Source: Candidatus Poribacteria bacterium
GTDB taxonomy: Bacteria; Poribacteria; WGA-4E; WGA-3G
Direction: 5' to 3'
Assembly (NCBI GenBank): GCA_963666305.1
Contig: OY762722.1
Location: 4,707,073-4,771,072 of the forward strand
Length of the DNA: 64,000 bases
In this document: one piece after another, positions 20,435 through 29,899 of the stretch
Layout of the letters: the number at the start of each line of letters is the position of its first letter
Position numbering within the stretch: position 1 is the first letter of the stretch
Program-made: the position numbers and the translations under genes
The notes under the pieces: generated by a model
Seen by the model: the letters and a program-made list of their open reading frames with translations, nothing else
What the model was told of the DNA's origin: nothing
Databases searched by the model: none

Positions 20435-22387
20435 ATGAACATAAAAACAGGTATCCGAAAGTGTCTGATTCCTGGCTTCTTCCTCTTACTGTTAAACTGT
20501 TCTCTGATGTTCTATGCCGAGGCGGAGGATGTCTACAGTCTATTTGGCAAATTGTTCCTTTCCGGACGTGTTGAATACGATTTCACGAACAGGCGAAATT
20601 TCCTCGCGGAGACAGAAGAAGAACGAGTCAGGCAAGACGAGTTCGATTTCGATCGCCTCTTTCGACGTGGTTTCCACAGCGTCATGGTGATTGAGGAGAC
20701 CGCAGGCAGTGTGAAAAATATCCTGAGCCTCGGAGAGGTACCGACGACCTTCACGAAATTCACCTTCGATCAGATCGATCTGAGTGGTGTCCGTTGGGAA
20801 GTCCGCTCTAACCGTACGGATTGGACAATCCTAATGGTCCCGGGTTTGCTTAACCGACTGAATGGGCAAGAGGGAAGTATGGAAGGCTCCGGGATCGGTT
20901 TGCGCGAGGTCACAAAGTTCGGTAAGTCGCAGTTAGGACTCTCTTGGTATTTCCGCAAGGTACCCGTATGGGCGGTGGATCTGGAAACCAATTTCACCAA
21001 CTACGGTATAAAAGCCGAGGTGGCTGTCACGCCGAAAAGCGCGCTGCAAAAAAACTTGGGTTCACGTTTCGATGCGACGACAACAGTTCTCAAAGCCTTC
21101 CAAACTGCTGGTGATACGATTTTCCAGGCGGAAGCGTATCGTGTCGGTCCGAGGTTCGATGCCTCCCGTTCTGTCGGTGATAACGACGATCAGGACCGCT
21201 ACTCTGATAACACCCCGCTCGATCCTCCCTCTCTGATTATTCCTGGAGACCTTGATAAAAATAACAATGGCATCTTCGATTATGAGGATGATATTCTGCT
21301 TTTCGATGTCGATGAGGATTTCTTGGACGAAAGCGATCTGAACAACAACGGTATCCGAGACGAGGAGGAGAACGATCAGGATCCGAATTACGAGTTCGAT
21401 GTTGGACTGCAAGGCATACGGCTTTTCATGAACCGTAAAATAAGTCGTCAGGTGAGTGTCGTTGACTTAGATCTGGGGTTACAAATTGAAGAGAATCTCA
21501 GACTCAGAAATACACCCTCTTCAACGAAAGCGTTCGCGAATCTCGTTTACCGGAAAGAACTCGCAAAGGCTTCTTCCCTCGTTTTTGAGAACGAACTAAA
21601 GTTGGTAAAAGATCGGATTCCTGACGAGACATGGTATTTTGCTGGATTCTTAAGCAGAACCGAGGAGCAGCTTTATCGGGCACAGCCAGAAATCAGGAAA
21701 ATGGAGAGAGACGGGGCGGTGCAGTTCTTCGGTATTGATGGCGGCACCGAAGTCGAAAAACGGCGTAAGGACCCGCTGCTGATGCAGAATGACCTGATTA
21801 ATACTGCTAAAATTACCTATGAATACTTGGGAATCGACCGGATGGTCACGACGGCTCGCGCCAAAATACAATACGACTACGATTTTGAGAAAGACAATCA
21901 ACATTATGAAGTCGGTATCTTCAAAACCCTGTACCGTCTGCGTCCTTCTAAATCACTGGAAATCAGTCCGATGTTTAAGTCCACCATCCGTAACGGCTTC
22001 CGAATGGCGGACGATCGGCTTGAATACCTCTCCTTAAACGCGGAAATCGACGGTAGGGAGGTCTTCCGACGACTCCGATTGCGCCAGTTTGAACGTGCGA
22101 ATGTCAGGGATATGGCTTCAGCACTTATCCTGAAGGTCGTCTATCAGTTTACGAAAACCATCAAACTCACGGGTGGTGGGCAAATCCTCCTCTTCAATGA
22201 TATGCGCGATAATGATAACGACTTTGTCCGTCAAGCATTGTTGGCTGAAATGGAGAAGAGTTTTGTCGCTTACGAGAAGCGGATGTTTTTGCATATCGGT
22301 GCACGTTACATAGATCAACGCGCAATCGGGGATGTGAACGATCAGAACTACATGGAAATTTTTGTGCGCGTTTTTGGGAAATTTTAA
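20435..22387 (+). CDS. Putative outer-membrane beta-barrel protein with Asp-rich calcium-binding-like repeats
   Basis: Signal peptide; DxDxNGxxD-like repeats (DLDKNNNGIFDYEDD, DLNNNGIRDEEEND); C-terminal ..FVRVFGKF ends in Phe as in OMPs. Confidence 0.45.
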   Translation: MNIKTGIRKCLIPGFFLLLLNCSLMFYAEAEDVYSLFGKLFLSGRVEYDFTNRRNFLAETEEERVRQDEFDFDRLFRRGFHSVMVIEETAGSVKNILSLGEVPTTFTKFTFDQIDLSGVRWEVRSNRTDWTILMVPGLLNRLNGQEGSMEGSGIGLREVTKFGKSQLGLSWYFRKVPVWAVDLETNFTNYGIKAEVAVTPKSALQKNLGSRFDATTTVLKAFQTAGDTIFQAEAYRVGPRFDASRSVGDNDDQDRYSDNTPLDPPSLIIPGDLDKNNNGIFDYEDDILLFDVDEDFLDESDLNNNGIRDEEENDQDPNYEFDVGLQGIRLFMNRKISRQVSVVDLDLGLQIEENLRLRNTPSSTKAFANLVYRKELAKASSLVFENELKLVKDRIPDETWYFAGFLSRTEEQLYRAQPEIRKMERDGAVQFFGIDGGTEVEKRRKDPLLMQNDLINTAKITYEYLGIDRMVTTARAKIQYDYDFEKDNQHYEVGIFKTLYRLRPSKSLEISPMFKSTIRNGFRMADDRLEYLSLNAEIDGREVFRRLRLRQFERANVRDMASALILKVVYQFTKTIKLTGGGQILLFNDMRDNDNDFVRQALLAEMEKSFVAYEKRMFLHIGARYIDQRAIGDVNDQNYMEIFVRVFGKF

Positions 22388-22700
22388 AAAATTAGGACTT
22401 ACACACAAAACAGATAGTGAAGGATGAAAGATTGGAACCCTCCGCTTCGCTTTGAAGCCGAAGAATCTCGCAAATAAACGAAGGCATCTTACGTAAGCGC
22501 TATATAATTTCACAGTTTTCATAGCAAACCGAGAAATCATTAGGTTTCTCGAAAGGCTATAAACCCATACCACGCTTGTATCTTGGACGGTTTTGGTCAA
22601 AATTTGCTATGAAGTTTGCTATGAAAATTTCGTGAATCAAGTTTATGAGCAAACAAATTCTGTAGAATTGGACGTATCCGATATTTCGTAGGTAAGTTTC

Positions 22701-24617
22701 ATGTCAAGTTCCTTTTTTGCGATTTTACTCGCTCTCAGCTGCGTAGTCTCCGTTGCCACCGCACAGGAGGAAATTATGTCTAACGAAGGTCCCACCGAGA
22801 TAAACGACAAGGCATTGATCGTGAACATGGTGCGTGCAGCGGGCAGCCGTTCCGAGATTAATGTTAATCCGCTGTTGCGTCGTCAGGAAAAATCGGAATC
22901 TATCGAAGCAGATGAAGCGATTAAGAGATGGATTGACGATAACGGAGAATCGATCATCGGTACTCGCGGCGGTCCATTTGAACCTACTGACCAATATGTA
23001 ACGACCTATAAGGATGGCAGAATCTACGTTCATGTGCTTTCTTGGAATGGCAAAAACAATATTACCCTCCCAGCTATTATTGATCGGGTGGTGAAGAATG
23101 CGTGGATTCTGGGAAACCCCCAAGCAGATGGCACTTCGTGGGGAATCGTGCGACAGCATCCGTGGGGACTTATAGTTGTCGTCCCAAGGGAATATCAAAG
23201 CGGTGTTGATGACATCGTCGTCCTTGATATTGAGGGAGATCCGGCTACCCTTAAGAAGCCGCGATTGGTTGAGGCGGATCCGTCAACAGTTATCTATCTT
23301 TTGGGAGAGAATGCGAAGGTTGATGACGGTCTTGTGCACCTACAAGCACAAGATTGGATTGAAGGCTGGAACGAAGAATCAGGTTCGATTTTATGGAAAA
23401 TGAGACTCCCAATGCCTTCTGATTGCGAACTTGCAGTGACCTATACAGCGGATACCGATGCGATAGGCTCAGCGTTCGAGATTGTTGCAGGACAAAACAG
23501 AATCACTGGCACAGTCCACGAAACAAGCGGATGGGCAGGAGATTCGCAGAACTTTGAAAGGAGACCGCTTCCCGGAACATTGCATCTCCCGGCAGGTGAA
23601 AGCACAATTACGCTGCGTCTCATCGGAGAGGCAAAATCCAAGTCAAACGTGAAAGTCCATTCGCTTGAACTGATTTCCCCCACTGCTAACGCGGCAATGA
23701 TTGCTTCAACGGAGCGCGCGAAAAAGACGCGTGCAAGTACCGATTGGTTCGTTGAGGCGAAGTACGGCGTGATGTTCCACTGGTCGGTAACGACACAACC
23801 TTTGCGTGGACCTCAGAAACCTTATCCAGAGGCAGTGGACACGTTTGACCTCGATGCTTTCGCTGATATGGTGCGTGAGACCAGGGCTGGCTACGTCATT
23901 TTCACGTCTGTACACGGAATTATGCATTTTCCTGCCCCTTTAAAATCGATCGAAACGGTTATGCCGGAACGCATCTGCAAACGCGATCTGATTGGAGAAA
24001 TGGCTGACAAGTTGCAAGAACGCGGCATTCCACTCATCATCTATTTCCATCACGGTGTTGGAGATCCGGAGTGGGAGGAAGCCGCTGGATTTCTAAATCC
24101 GGACAGGTCGAGATTCTTCAAAATCGAATGCGACATTCTTACCGAGATCGGACACCGATACGGCAAAAAGATTACGGGATACTGGTTTGACGATAGGTAT
24201 CCGATTCAACCGTTTGAGGAACTGTATAAGGCGACCAAAGTTGGTAATCCGGACCGAATTGTCTCTTGGAACAGCTGGATTCTTCCGAAAACGACTGAAT
24301 TTCAGGAATACTATGGTGGTGAGTTTGGCGGTGCTTTCGTAAATCCGTCAGCAAGTTTCTTTGCCGAAGGTGGCGCGGCAGGTGGTTTACAACCGCACGG
24401 TATGATTTTTCTGGACGATCCATGGCAGCACGGATATCCGGACACCGACATTGGTCCACCCCTGTTCACCAATCAACAGCTTATTGATTACATGCAGACG
24501 TGTATTGCCCAGAAGCTCGTAATTACAATGAATATGGGAATCACTCAGGATGGAAAGATCTCGTCCGCGACCCTCGAACAGCTGAGAGCCTTGCGACAAG
24601 CGATCCGAGGAGAATAA
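22701..24617 (+). CDS. Secreted glycoside hydrolase, alpha-L-fucosidase (GH29)-like TIM barrel with an N-terminal beta domain
   Basis: Signal peptide; ..KYGVMFHWS..AGYVIFTSVHG..PLIIYFHHG..GYWFDD.. resembles a GH29 core. Family assignment is tentative. Confidence 0.45.
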   Translation: MSSSFFAILLALSCVVSVATAQEEIMSNEGPTEINDKALIVNMVRAAGSRSEINVNPLLRRQEKSESIEADEAIKRWIDDNGESIIGTRGGPFEPTDQYVTTYKDGRIYVHVLSWNGKNNITLPAIIDRVVKNAWILGNPQADGTSWGIVRQHPWGLIVVVPREYQSGVDDIVVLDIEGDPATLKKPRLVEADPSTVIYLLGENAKVDDGLVHLQAQDWIEGWNEESGSILWKMRLPMPSDCELAVTYTADTDAIGSAFEIVAGQNRITGTVHETSGWAGDSQNFERRPLPGTLHLPAGESTITLRLIGEAKSKSNVKVHSLELISPTANAAMIASTERAKKTRASTDWFVEAKYGVMFHWSVTTQPLRGPQKPYPEAVDTFDLDAFADMVRETRAGYVIFTSVHGIMHFPAPLKSIETVMPERICKRDLIGEMADKLQERGIPLIIYFHHGVGDPEWEEAAGFLNPDRSRFFKIECDILTEIGHRYGKKITGYWFDDRYPIQPFEELYKATKVGNPDRIVSWNSWILPKTTEFQEYYGGEFGGAFVNPSASFFAEGGAAGGLQPHGMIFLDDPWQHGYPDTDIGPPLFTNQQLIDYMQTCIAQKLVITMNMGITQDGKISSATLEQLRALRQAIRGE

Positions 24618-24637
24618 TCAGTTAAAGGGGTTAATGG

Positions 24638-25271
24638 ATGAAGTGTGAACAGCACCTAAATTTAGTAGGACTTATCTTTGCTTCCATATTTATCGTGGTA
24701 TTGCTCCGGTCGCTATCTCGGTGGACCTCCAACCTGAGATCGATTTTGAGACGCAAATCTTGCCCATCCTCAAAAATCGTTGTTTCAGTTGCCATAGCGC
24801 ACCAACAGCAGACCCCAGCGGGACCATCAGAAAACTGAAGGGTGGTGTCCAACTGGATAGTGTGGAAGGCATTGAGACGAGCCTGCACGGAGAGGTTATT
24901 GTCGCTGGTGCGTCTGAGGATTCCCTTCTCTATCAGCGTATTACGTTGCCTGAAGGCGATACTGGTATCATGCCACCGTCAGATGAAAGTGAACATTTAT
25001 CGAAGAAGGAAATCGACCTTATCCGAAAGTGGATTGACAACGGAGCAGATTATGGAAAATGGGTAGGAAACCAATCGGAGTCCAAGCCTCAATGACCGAC
25101 ATCCATCCGCACCAACCTACAGTCATGCCACCGATAACTTCTCTGGCGTTTTCCCACGATGGAAAATTTGTCGTTGCGTGTTCACAGGCAGGATTGCACG
25201 TTTACGATTTTTCTACGCTTAATCTCCAGTGGATGATTGGTGGAGCGAAAATAAGACGGTGGATTCTTTGA
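24638..25271 (+). pseudogene. Decayed PSCyt1 (Planctomycete cytochrome c)-WD40 gene: signal peptide, PSCyt1 domain and WD40 fragment lie in three different frames
   Basis: Frame 2 signal peptide MKCEQHLNLVGLIFASIFIVVLL (24638-); frame 1 ILPILKNRCFSCHS PSCyt1 motif (24721-25095, no ATG, GTG only); frame 3 WD40-like LAFSHDGKFVVACSQAGLHVYDFS (25059-25271). Confidence 0.45.
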
Positions 25272-25366
25272 GAAAACCGCAGTCGCTATGAAACCGAGGT
25301 TTCCCACGCCTTTAGGCGTTGGGTGCTATCGCTATAATATCACGTTATACTTCAGGAGAGTTATAA

Positions 25367-26191
25367 ATGCGGAAATACCAATGGATAGTTATTATCACTC
25401 TAATTGGTTGTATGGTTTCTTTTGCGAGTTGCACGAAAGTGCGGAAAAAGTCAACATCTATTGGATCTGGTGTATCGGATACAGGCGAGGTAGATCCTCC
25501 GATGGATGTATTGATTTATACAGGTAGTGCCTCGTGGATAATATTGGAAAATGCGACAGTTGAAGCAAAAACGACAAAAAAACTTTTGGAATCCAATGGC
25601 ATTCGTGTGGTGATTACAGAAAGTGAAGGGTCTCTTAAAAACTGGATGGTTGAAACAACAGCAAACGGTGCCGTGAATGTATGCATCCTTTATGGTGTTT
25701 TACCCGCATCAATCTATGCCGCGGGGAATGTCCAGTCTGATGGATCTGTAGCAGAAAACTGGATCGAAACAACCGATGGTGATACGATTTTGAATCATGC
25801 AGATTACTTGGGATATCACAGTTCAGATGGCACACCAAATAACAAAGCACCTCTACAAAACCTTATGGATCTCCCACATGTTGATATAAATGTTGAGGAA
25901 ATTGAGAACCTTAATATGCTGGTCACAGGAGATGGAAAAATGGTAGCACCAAGTTTAGTCAATTTTAAATCTAACAGACCCTTTCCATTGGAGCAACTCA
26001 AAGCTGAGTGGTACGCTGAAAAAATATATGCAAGTGATACGGGTAGTATTGAAGCGACATTAGCAGATCCAATTATTCTTCGTAATGGAATTCATGGTAG
26101 ATTGGCGATGGTCTACCAAACACATCATGGAGATAATCCGAAAGGGCAGGTTGCAGCAGAGATAATCATTAACTATCTTTTAGCTAAATAG
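25367..26191 (+). CDS. Hypothetical lipoprotein
   Basis: Lipobox TLIGC; no recognisable catalytic motif. Confidence 0.5.
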   Translation: MRKYQWIVIITLIGCMVSFASCTKVRKKSTSIGSGVSDTGEVDPPMDVLIYTGSASWIILENATVEAKTTKKLLESNGIRVVITESEGSLKNWMVETTANGAVNVCILYGVLPASIYAAGNVQSDGSVAENWIETTDGDTILNHADYLGYHSSDGTPNNKAPLQNLMDLPHVDINVEEIENLNMLVTGDGKMVAPSLVNFKSNRPFPLEQLKAEWYAEKIYASDTGSIEATLADPIILRNGIHGRLAMVYQTHHGDNPKGQVAAEIIINYLLAK

Positions 26192-26413
26192 AATTAAACA
26201 GATAGAACGTTTAAGACACTCATCTGTGGTGGCTTGTCATCAAACCATTTCAGCGACAATGCCGAAGTCTTTCGCTTCCGCCTCTGCAAGTACCACAGAT
26301 GCAGCAACTGCATCTTGCACCGCCACACCTACCGATTGAAAACGTGATTTCCTTCTCTAACTGGCATCTGGACTTGTCTCCGTTGGCAACTTCACCGACG
26401 CTTCTGACACATT

Positions 26414-27355
26414 CTATTGAGCACGCAAGGCTTTAAGCTTGATGCGAAAAGTCTGCATATCATTGATTCTTGCTGCCCCGATGGCACTAATGACACGGTC
26501 ATAAGCGATTGCCCCTGCCCCTCCAACAAACAGCGGAATATGCTCTTGGATTCCGCGTCGAAGTTTTCGCAATTCATTTGCCAAGTGTTGGTCATCTGTC
26601 GGATAAATGATACTCACCCCAATTGCCTTTGCGGCATTTTGCACTGCACACCCAACAATTTCTTCAGCTGGCAGGTTAGGACCGAGATAGGTGACTTGCC
26701 ACCCTTCTGAAGCCGCAGCCGTCCCTGCAATTAACGCGCCGATTTCGTGGAGTTGACCCCGCGGGGTTGCGACCACTAAGTTTGGCATTGAGGAGGATAT
26801 ATCAAATCCTTGCCAAATATTGCCCAACAGTGTCCGGACAACTGCTGTGGCAAGATGTTCATGTGCAATACGCAAAGTTCCTGCTCTCCACTGTTCACCA
26901 ATTTCTCGCATCAGCGGTGCGACCAACTTTTCGAGAAAAACAGGCTGGCTAAAGGCGACTGATGCAGCAAAGAGGGTCGACTCGAGTGTTTGCGCCTCAA
27001 ACTGCTTAACCGCTGCGATGCACGAAGCGATGTAAAAACGAAGGGATGTTTCTTGTGAAACATCCTCTTTCGCGATGGCAGAGGACTGCGCAATCATTCC
27101 CTTCGTTCCAATGAGTTCCAGAAGTTCTTCGATCGGCAAGTTTGCTATTCGTCCAATACTATGCCCCGCCTCAGTCGTCAGACGCAGCAACGTAAGTCGC
27201 GATATATCCGCATCGGAATAGAGACGACGATTCGTTTCGGTTCGCAGCGGTGTGACCACGTTGTATCGCTTTTCCCATGCCCGAATCGTAAATTGTGTTA
27301 ACCCCGTCTGGATGGCAACGGTTTTTATGCCATGTTTCTGTTCATCCGTCATCAA
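26414..27355 (-). CDS. carH: CarH/LitR-type light-responsive transcriptional regulator (MerR HTH plus B12-binding domain)
   Basis: N-terminal MerR HTH (IKTVAIQTGLTQFTIRAWEKRY); C-terminal cobalamin-binding domain with exact Wx9EH motif (WRAGTLRIAHEH); divergent from the carotenoid operon. Confidence 0.75.
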   Translation of the reverse strand: MMTDEQKHGIKTVAIQTGLTQFTIRAWEKRYNVVTPLRTETNRRLYSDADISRLTLLRLTTEAGHSIGRIANLPIEELLELIGTKGMIAQSSAIAKEDVSQETSLRFYIASCIAAVKQFEAQTLESTLFAASVAFSQPVFLEKLVAPLMREIGEQWRAGTLRIAHEHLATAVVRTLLGNIWQGFDISSSMPNLVVATPRGQLHEIGALIAGTAAASEGWQVTYLGPNLPAEEIVGCAVQNAAKAIGVSIIYPTDDQHLANELRKLRRGIQEHIPLFVGGAGAIAYDRVISAIGAARINDMQTFRIKLKALRAQ

Positions 27356-27745
27356 TCTTTTCCTCTGTTATCTTTCCTTTGTTTTCCATTATTGGAAGCT
27401 CAATGTTTCTTCAGTGTCGCTGCATCAACATTGAGAGAGGTATATTAAAATATAATTTAAATTGAATCCCTCTACACGAATTCACCCAACAATTGTAAAC
27501 CGAATCGTAAATGCTCACGTTCCTACATCTAAACCTTACAATTTAATATAACATTATGTATATTATTTGTCAACAATTTCGTCAAAAATTATATCCGCCT
27601 AAATTTCAGAATTAAACGCAGAAAACCTCGGTGTTCTTTTGAATTATCTACCTTCAGTGAATACTATGTGAGCAATCTGATCCTATCCTACGACATAAAT
27701 TCTATACAAAATATGAGTTGTAGTGAAAATTGTATAAATTATTTA

Positions 27746-27774
27746 TTGACAAAATATAGACAATATGTAATAAT
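27746..27774 (+). promoter_or_regulatory. Candidate light-regulated promoter for the carotenoid operon: TTGACA -35, TAATAAT -10, overlapped by 11-bp-spaced direct repeats ending in ACA (CarH-operator-like)
   Basis: ACA at 27749-27751 and 27760-27762 (period 11) overlapping the -35; 16-17 nt spacer to TAATAAT at 27768-27774; lies in a 530-bp AT-rich divergent intergenic region. Confidence 0.35.
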
Positions 27775-27882
27775 ACTATATATAGTGATTCATGCCCCAA
27801 TTTAACTTGGAAAATCATACCCATCAGGGTTGAAGGCAGATTGGTTTATGAAGCATAACCGATGAAAGGAAATAAGAAATAA

Positions 27883-28422
27883 ATGATGCAAGAACATGTA
27901 ATACTCGTCGACCACACGGGAAGAGAAATCGGCACTCAGGAAAAGATGCAAGCACATCGTGATGGTAAATTACACAGTGCATTTTCGATTTTTGTCTTTA
28001 ACACCATAGGCGAATTGTTGCTTCAGAAGCGAGCGCAGACTAAGTATCATTCCGGTGGACTGTGGACGAATACGTGCTGCAGTCATCCACGTCCGGGTGA
28101 AAGTTATCATCGCGCGGCGAGACGACGACTCAACGAGGAAATGGGATTCGACTGTGAATTGACTGGACTCTTCAGTTTTATTTATCACACCCAACTCAAC
28201 AATAGCCTATTTGAGCACGAACTTGATCATGTCTTTGTTGGATATTATGATAGTCAACCGACTCCAAATCCTGACGAAGTTGACGATTGGAAGTGGGTCA
28301 ACGTCCTTACGTTGAGGCAAGACGTTCGAGAGAACCCTCAGAGTTATACACACTGGTTCAAATTGATACTCGACCGTGTTGTTGAAGAATATCAACAGGT
28401 GGGTTTTCACAATGAAACTTAA
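27883..28422 (+). CDS. idi: Isopentenyl-diphosphate delta-isomerase, type 1 (Nudix)
   Basis: ..HSAFSIFVFN..LLLQKRAQTKYHSGGLWTNTCCSHP.. matches type-1 IDI. Confidence 0.85.
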   Translation: MMQEHVILVDHTGREIGTQEKMQAHRDGKLHSAFSIFVFNTIGELLLQKRAQTKYHSGGLWTNTCCSHPRPGESYHRAARRRLNEEMGFDCELTGLFSFIYHTQLNNSLFEHELDHVFVGYYDSQPTPNPDEVDDWKWVNVLTLRQDVRENPQSYTHWFKLILDRVVEEYQQVGFHNET

Positions 28423-28987
28423 TCGATTCATACGTATAAATTTAGCATTGATTCTACTTTTCTCGTTTTGGGGGAATGAGGTTGCGGCTGGTGCGTCGGT
28501 AGAAGAAACACTGGAAGTCGCACGAAAGCAATTCTATACCGCAGTTGAGGATGAGGAGCACATTGAACCGACAATTAAACTTCTTGAACGCATTGCGCGA
28601 ATAGAGCCGAGCTATACTGGGCGGACGCAAGTTTACATCGGGGCACTTGTTGCCCTTAAAGGCAAGCACGCATTCCTGCCCCACACGAAGTTCAAGTGGG
28701 CAAAGCGCGGTTTAGCAATTATGGATGGCGGCTTGCAGAAAAATCCGAACGACATTGAAGCTTTGTTCATTCACGGTACGACCTGCTACTATCTTCCGTT
28801 CTTCTTCAGGCGTGGTGATGATGCACAGCGCGATTTCAGACAAATTATCAAATTGATACCACAACAGATGGATACCTATGCCCCGAAGTTAATCACAAAT
28901 GTCGTTGTGTTCTTACTTGAAAATGCGAAACTGACGGATGACGAGAAAATATATCTCCAAACGTTGAAAGACAAACTACAATCGTAG
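28412..28987 (+). CDS. Hypothetical secreted protein (helical)
   Basis: Signal peptide MKLNRFIRINLALILLFSFWGNEVAAGAS; start overlaps the idi stop (ATGAAACTTAA). Confidence 0.45.
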   Translation: MKLNRFIRINLALILLFSFWGNEVAAGASVEETLEVARKQFYTAVEDEEHIEPTIKLLERIARIEPSYTGRTQVYIGALVALKGKHAFLPHTKFKWAKRGLAIMDGGLQKNPNDIEALFIHGTTCYYLPFFFRRGDDAQRDFRQIIKLIPQQMDTYAPKLITNVVVFLLENAKLTDDEKIYLQTLKDKLQS

Positions 28988-29004
28988 CACCTAATCGAGC
29001 ATCA

Positions 29005-29697
29005 ATGAAATTTGAATACCTCTTGTTTAATCTCATCGTCATCGTTGGACCGGTAGTATCCCAATTCAACCGCCAAATTAAGCATATATCATATTGGCGA
29101 TTAAAATTGCTCACGAATACAATCGTCATGATTCCGTATATTATATGGGATGTGCTTGTCACCGGTTCGCATTGGTGGTTCAACGAGGCGCATACGCTTG
29201 ATTTTCGACTGTTAGGTTTGCCGATTGAGGAATGGCTCTTCTTTCTCACAGTTCCGTTTGGGTGCTTGTTAGTATGGGAAACACTGCCCGATGCGAAACT
29301 ATCAACGCGACTTCAAACCCTTCGGCATGTCAGAACAGCTTTATACACGGCGCTGCCGGTGGGTATATGGGTTTTCAGCACGGGCAAACAGTACACAGGA
29401 TTAGTCTTGTTTTGCGTTGGGCTTGTTGGACTGACAGACACATTGTTAAGAACCGAGCTGCTTATGCGACTGAAGACTTATGTCTACTTAGCAATTGTTT
29501 CTATTTTGATTGTGATATTCAACGGTTATCTTACGGCGCGTCCTGTGGTTTTATATGACGAGGCGTATCAGATTGGCTACAGGGTTTTGACGATTCCCAT
29601 TGAGGATTTCGGATATGGATTCACACTGATGCTCTTTAACGTGATGCTCTACGAAAAAGTTTTTAATATTACCTTGCGGAGAAACAACGAGTGTTAG
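29005..29697 (+). CDS. Lycopene cyclase domain protein (fused CrtYc/CrtYd-type heterodimeric cyclase)
   Basis: About 230-aa polytopic membrane protein with two similar halves, as in lycopene_cycl-domain cyclases; located in the crt cluster. Confidence 0.65.
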   Translation: MKFEYLLFNLIVIVGPVVSQFNRQIKHISYWRLKLLTNTIVMIPYIIWDVLVTGSHWWFNEAHTLDFRLLGLPIEEWLFFLTVPFGCLLVWETLPDAKLSTRLQTLRHVRTALYTALPVGIWVFSTGKQYTGLVLFCVGLVGLTDTLLRTELLMRLKTYVYLAIVSILIVIFNGYLTARPVVLYDEAYQIGYRVLTIPIEDFGYGFTLMLFNVMLYEKVFNITLRRNNEC

Positions 29698-29731
29698 GAC
29701 TGTTGCGTGCGTTTCTCAAATCTGAAGAAAT

Positions 29732-29790
29732 GGAAACGCCCTATCAAAAACCCCCAGCAAAAACCCTGCGCCGATGTTGCAGGCTGCTGT
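29732..29790. repeat. Family E repeat plus a 25-bp arm (CCTGCGCCGATGTTGCAGGCTGCTG) that is the inverted repeat of 31506-31530
   Basis: 23/25 reverse-complement match with 31506-31530; flanks the first crtI-family gene. Confidence 0.5.
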
Positions 29791-29899
29791 CTTGGGTAAA
29801 CTAAAGCGCGTAGCCCGTAATGTAACGGAGGGCGGTTTTACATCAAGGCGCGTTATTTACTTAACCGCTCTGAACGAACCGATAGGAATAATTAAAAAT

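Noticed and set aside
22388-22700. Possible small RNA or terminator in the 300-bp gap before the fucosidase-like gene
   Set aside because: Only weak 5-bp stems were found. The repeated TTTGCTATGAA motif is reported instead as a candidate operator.
24638-24838. 66-aa stand-alone ORF with a signal-peptide-like start
   Set aside because: Better explained as the out-of-frame N-terminus of the decayed PSCyt1 gene.
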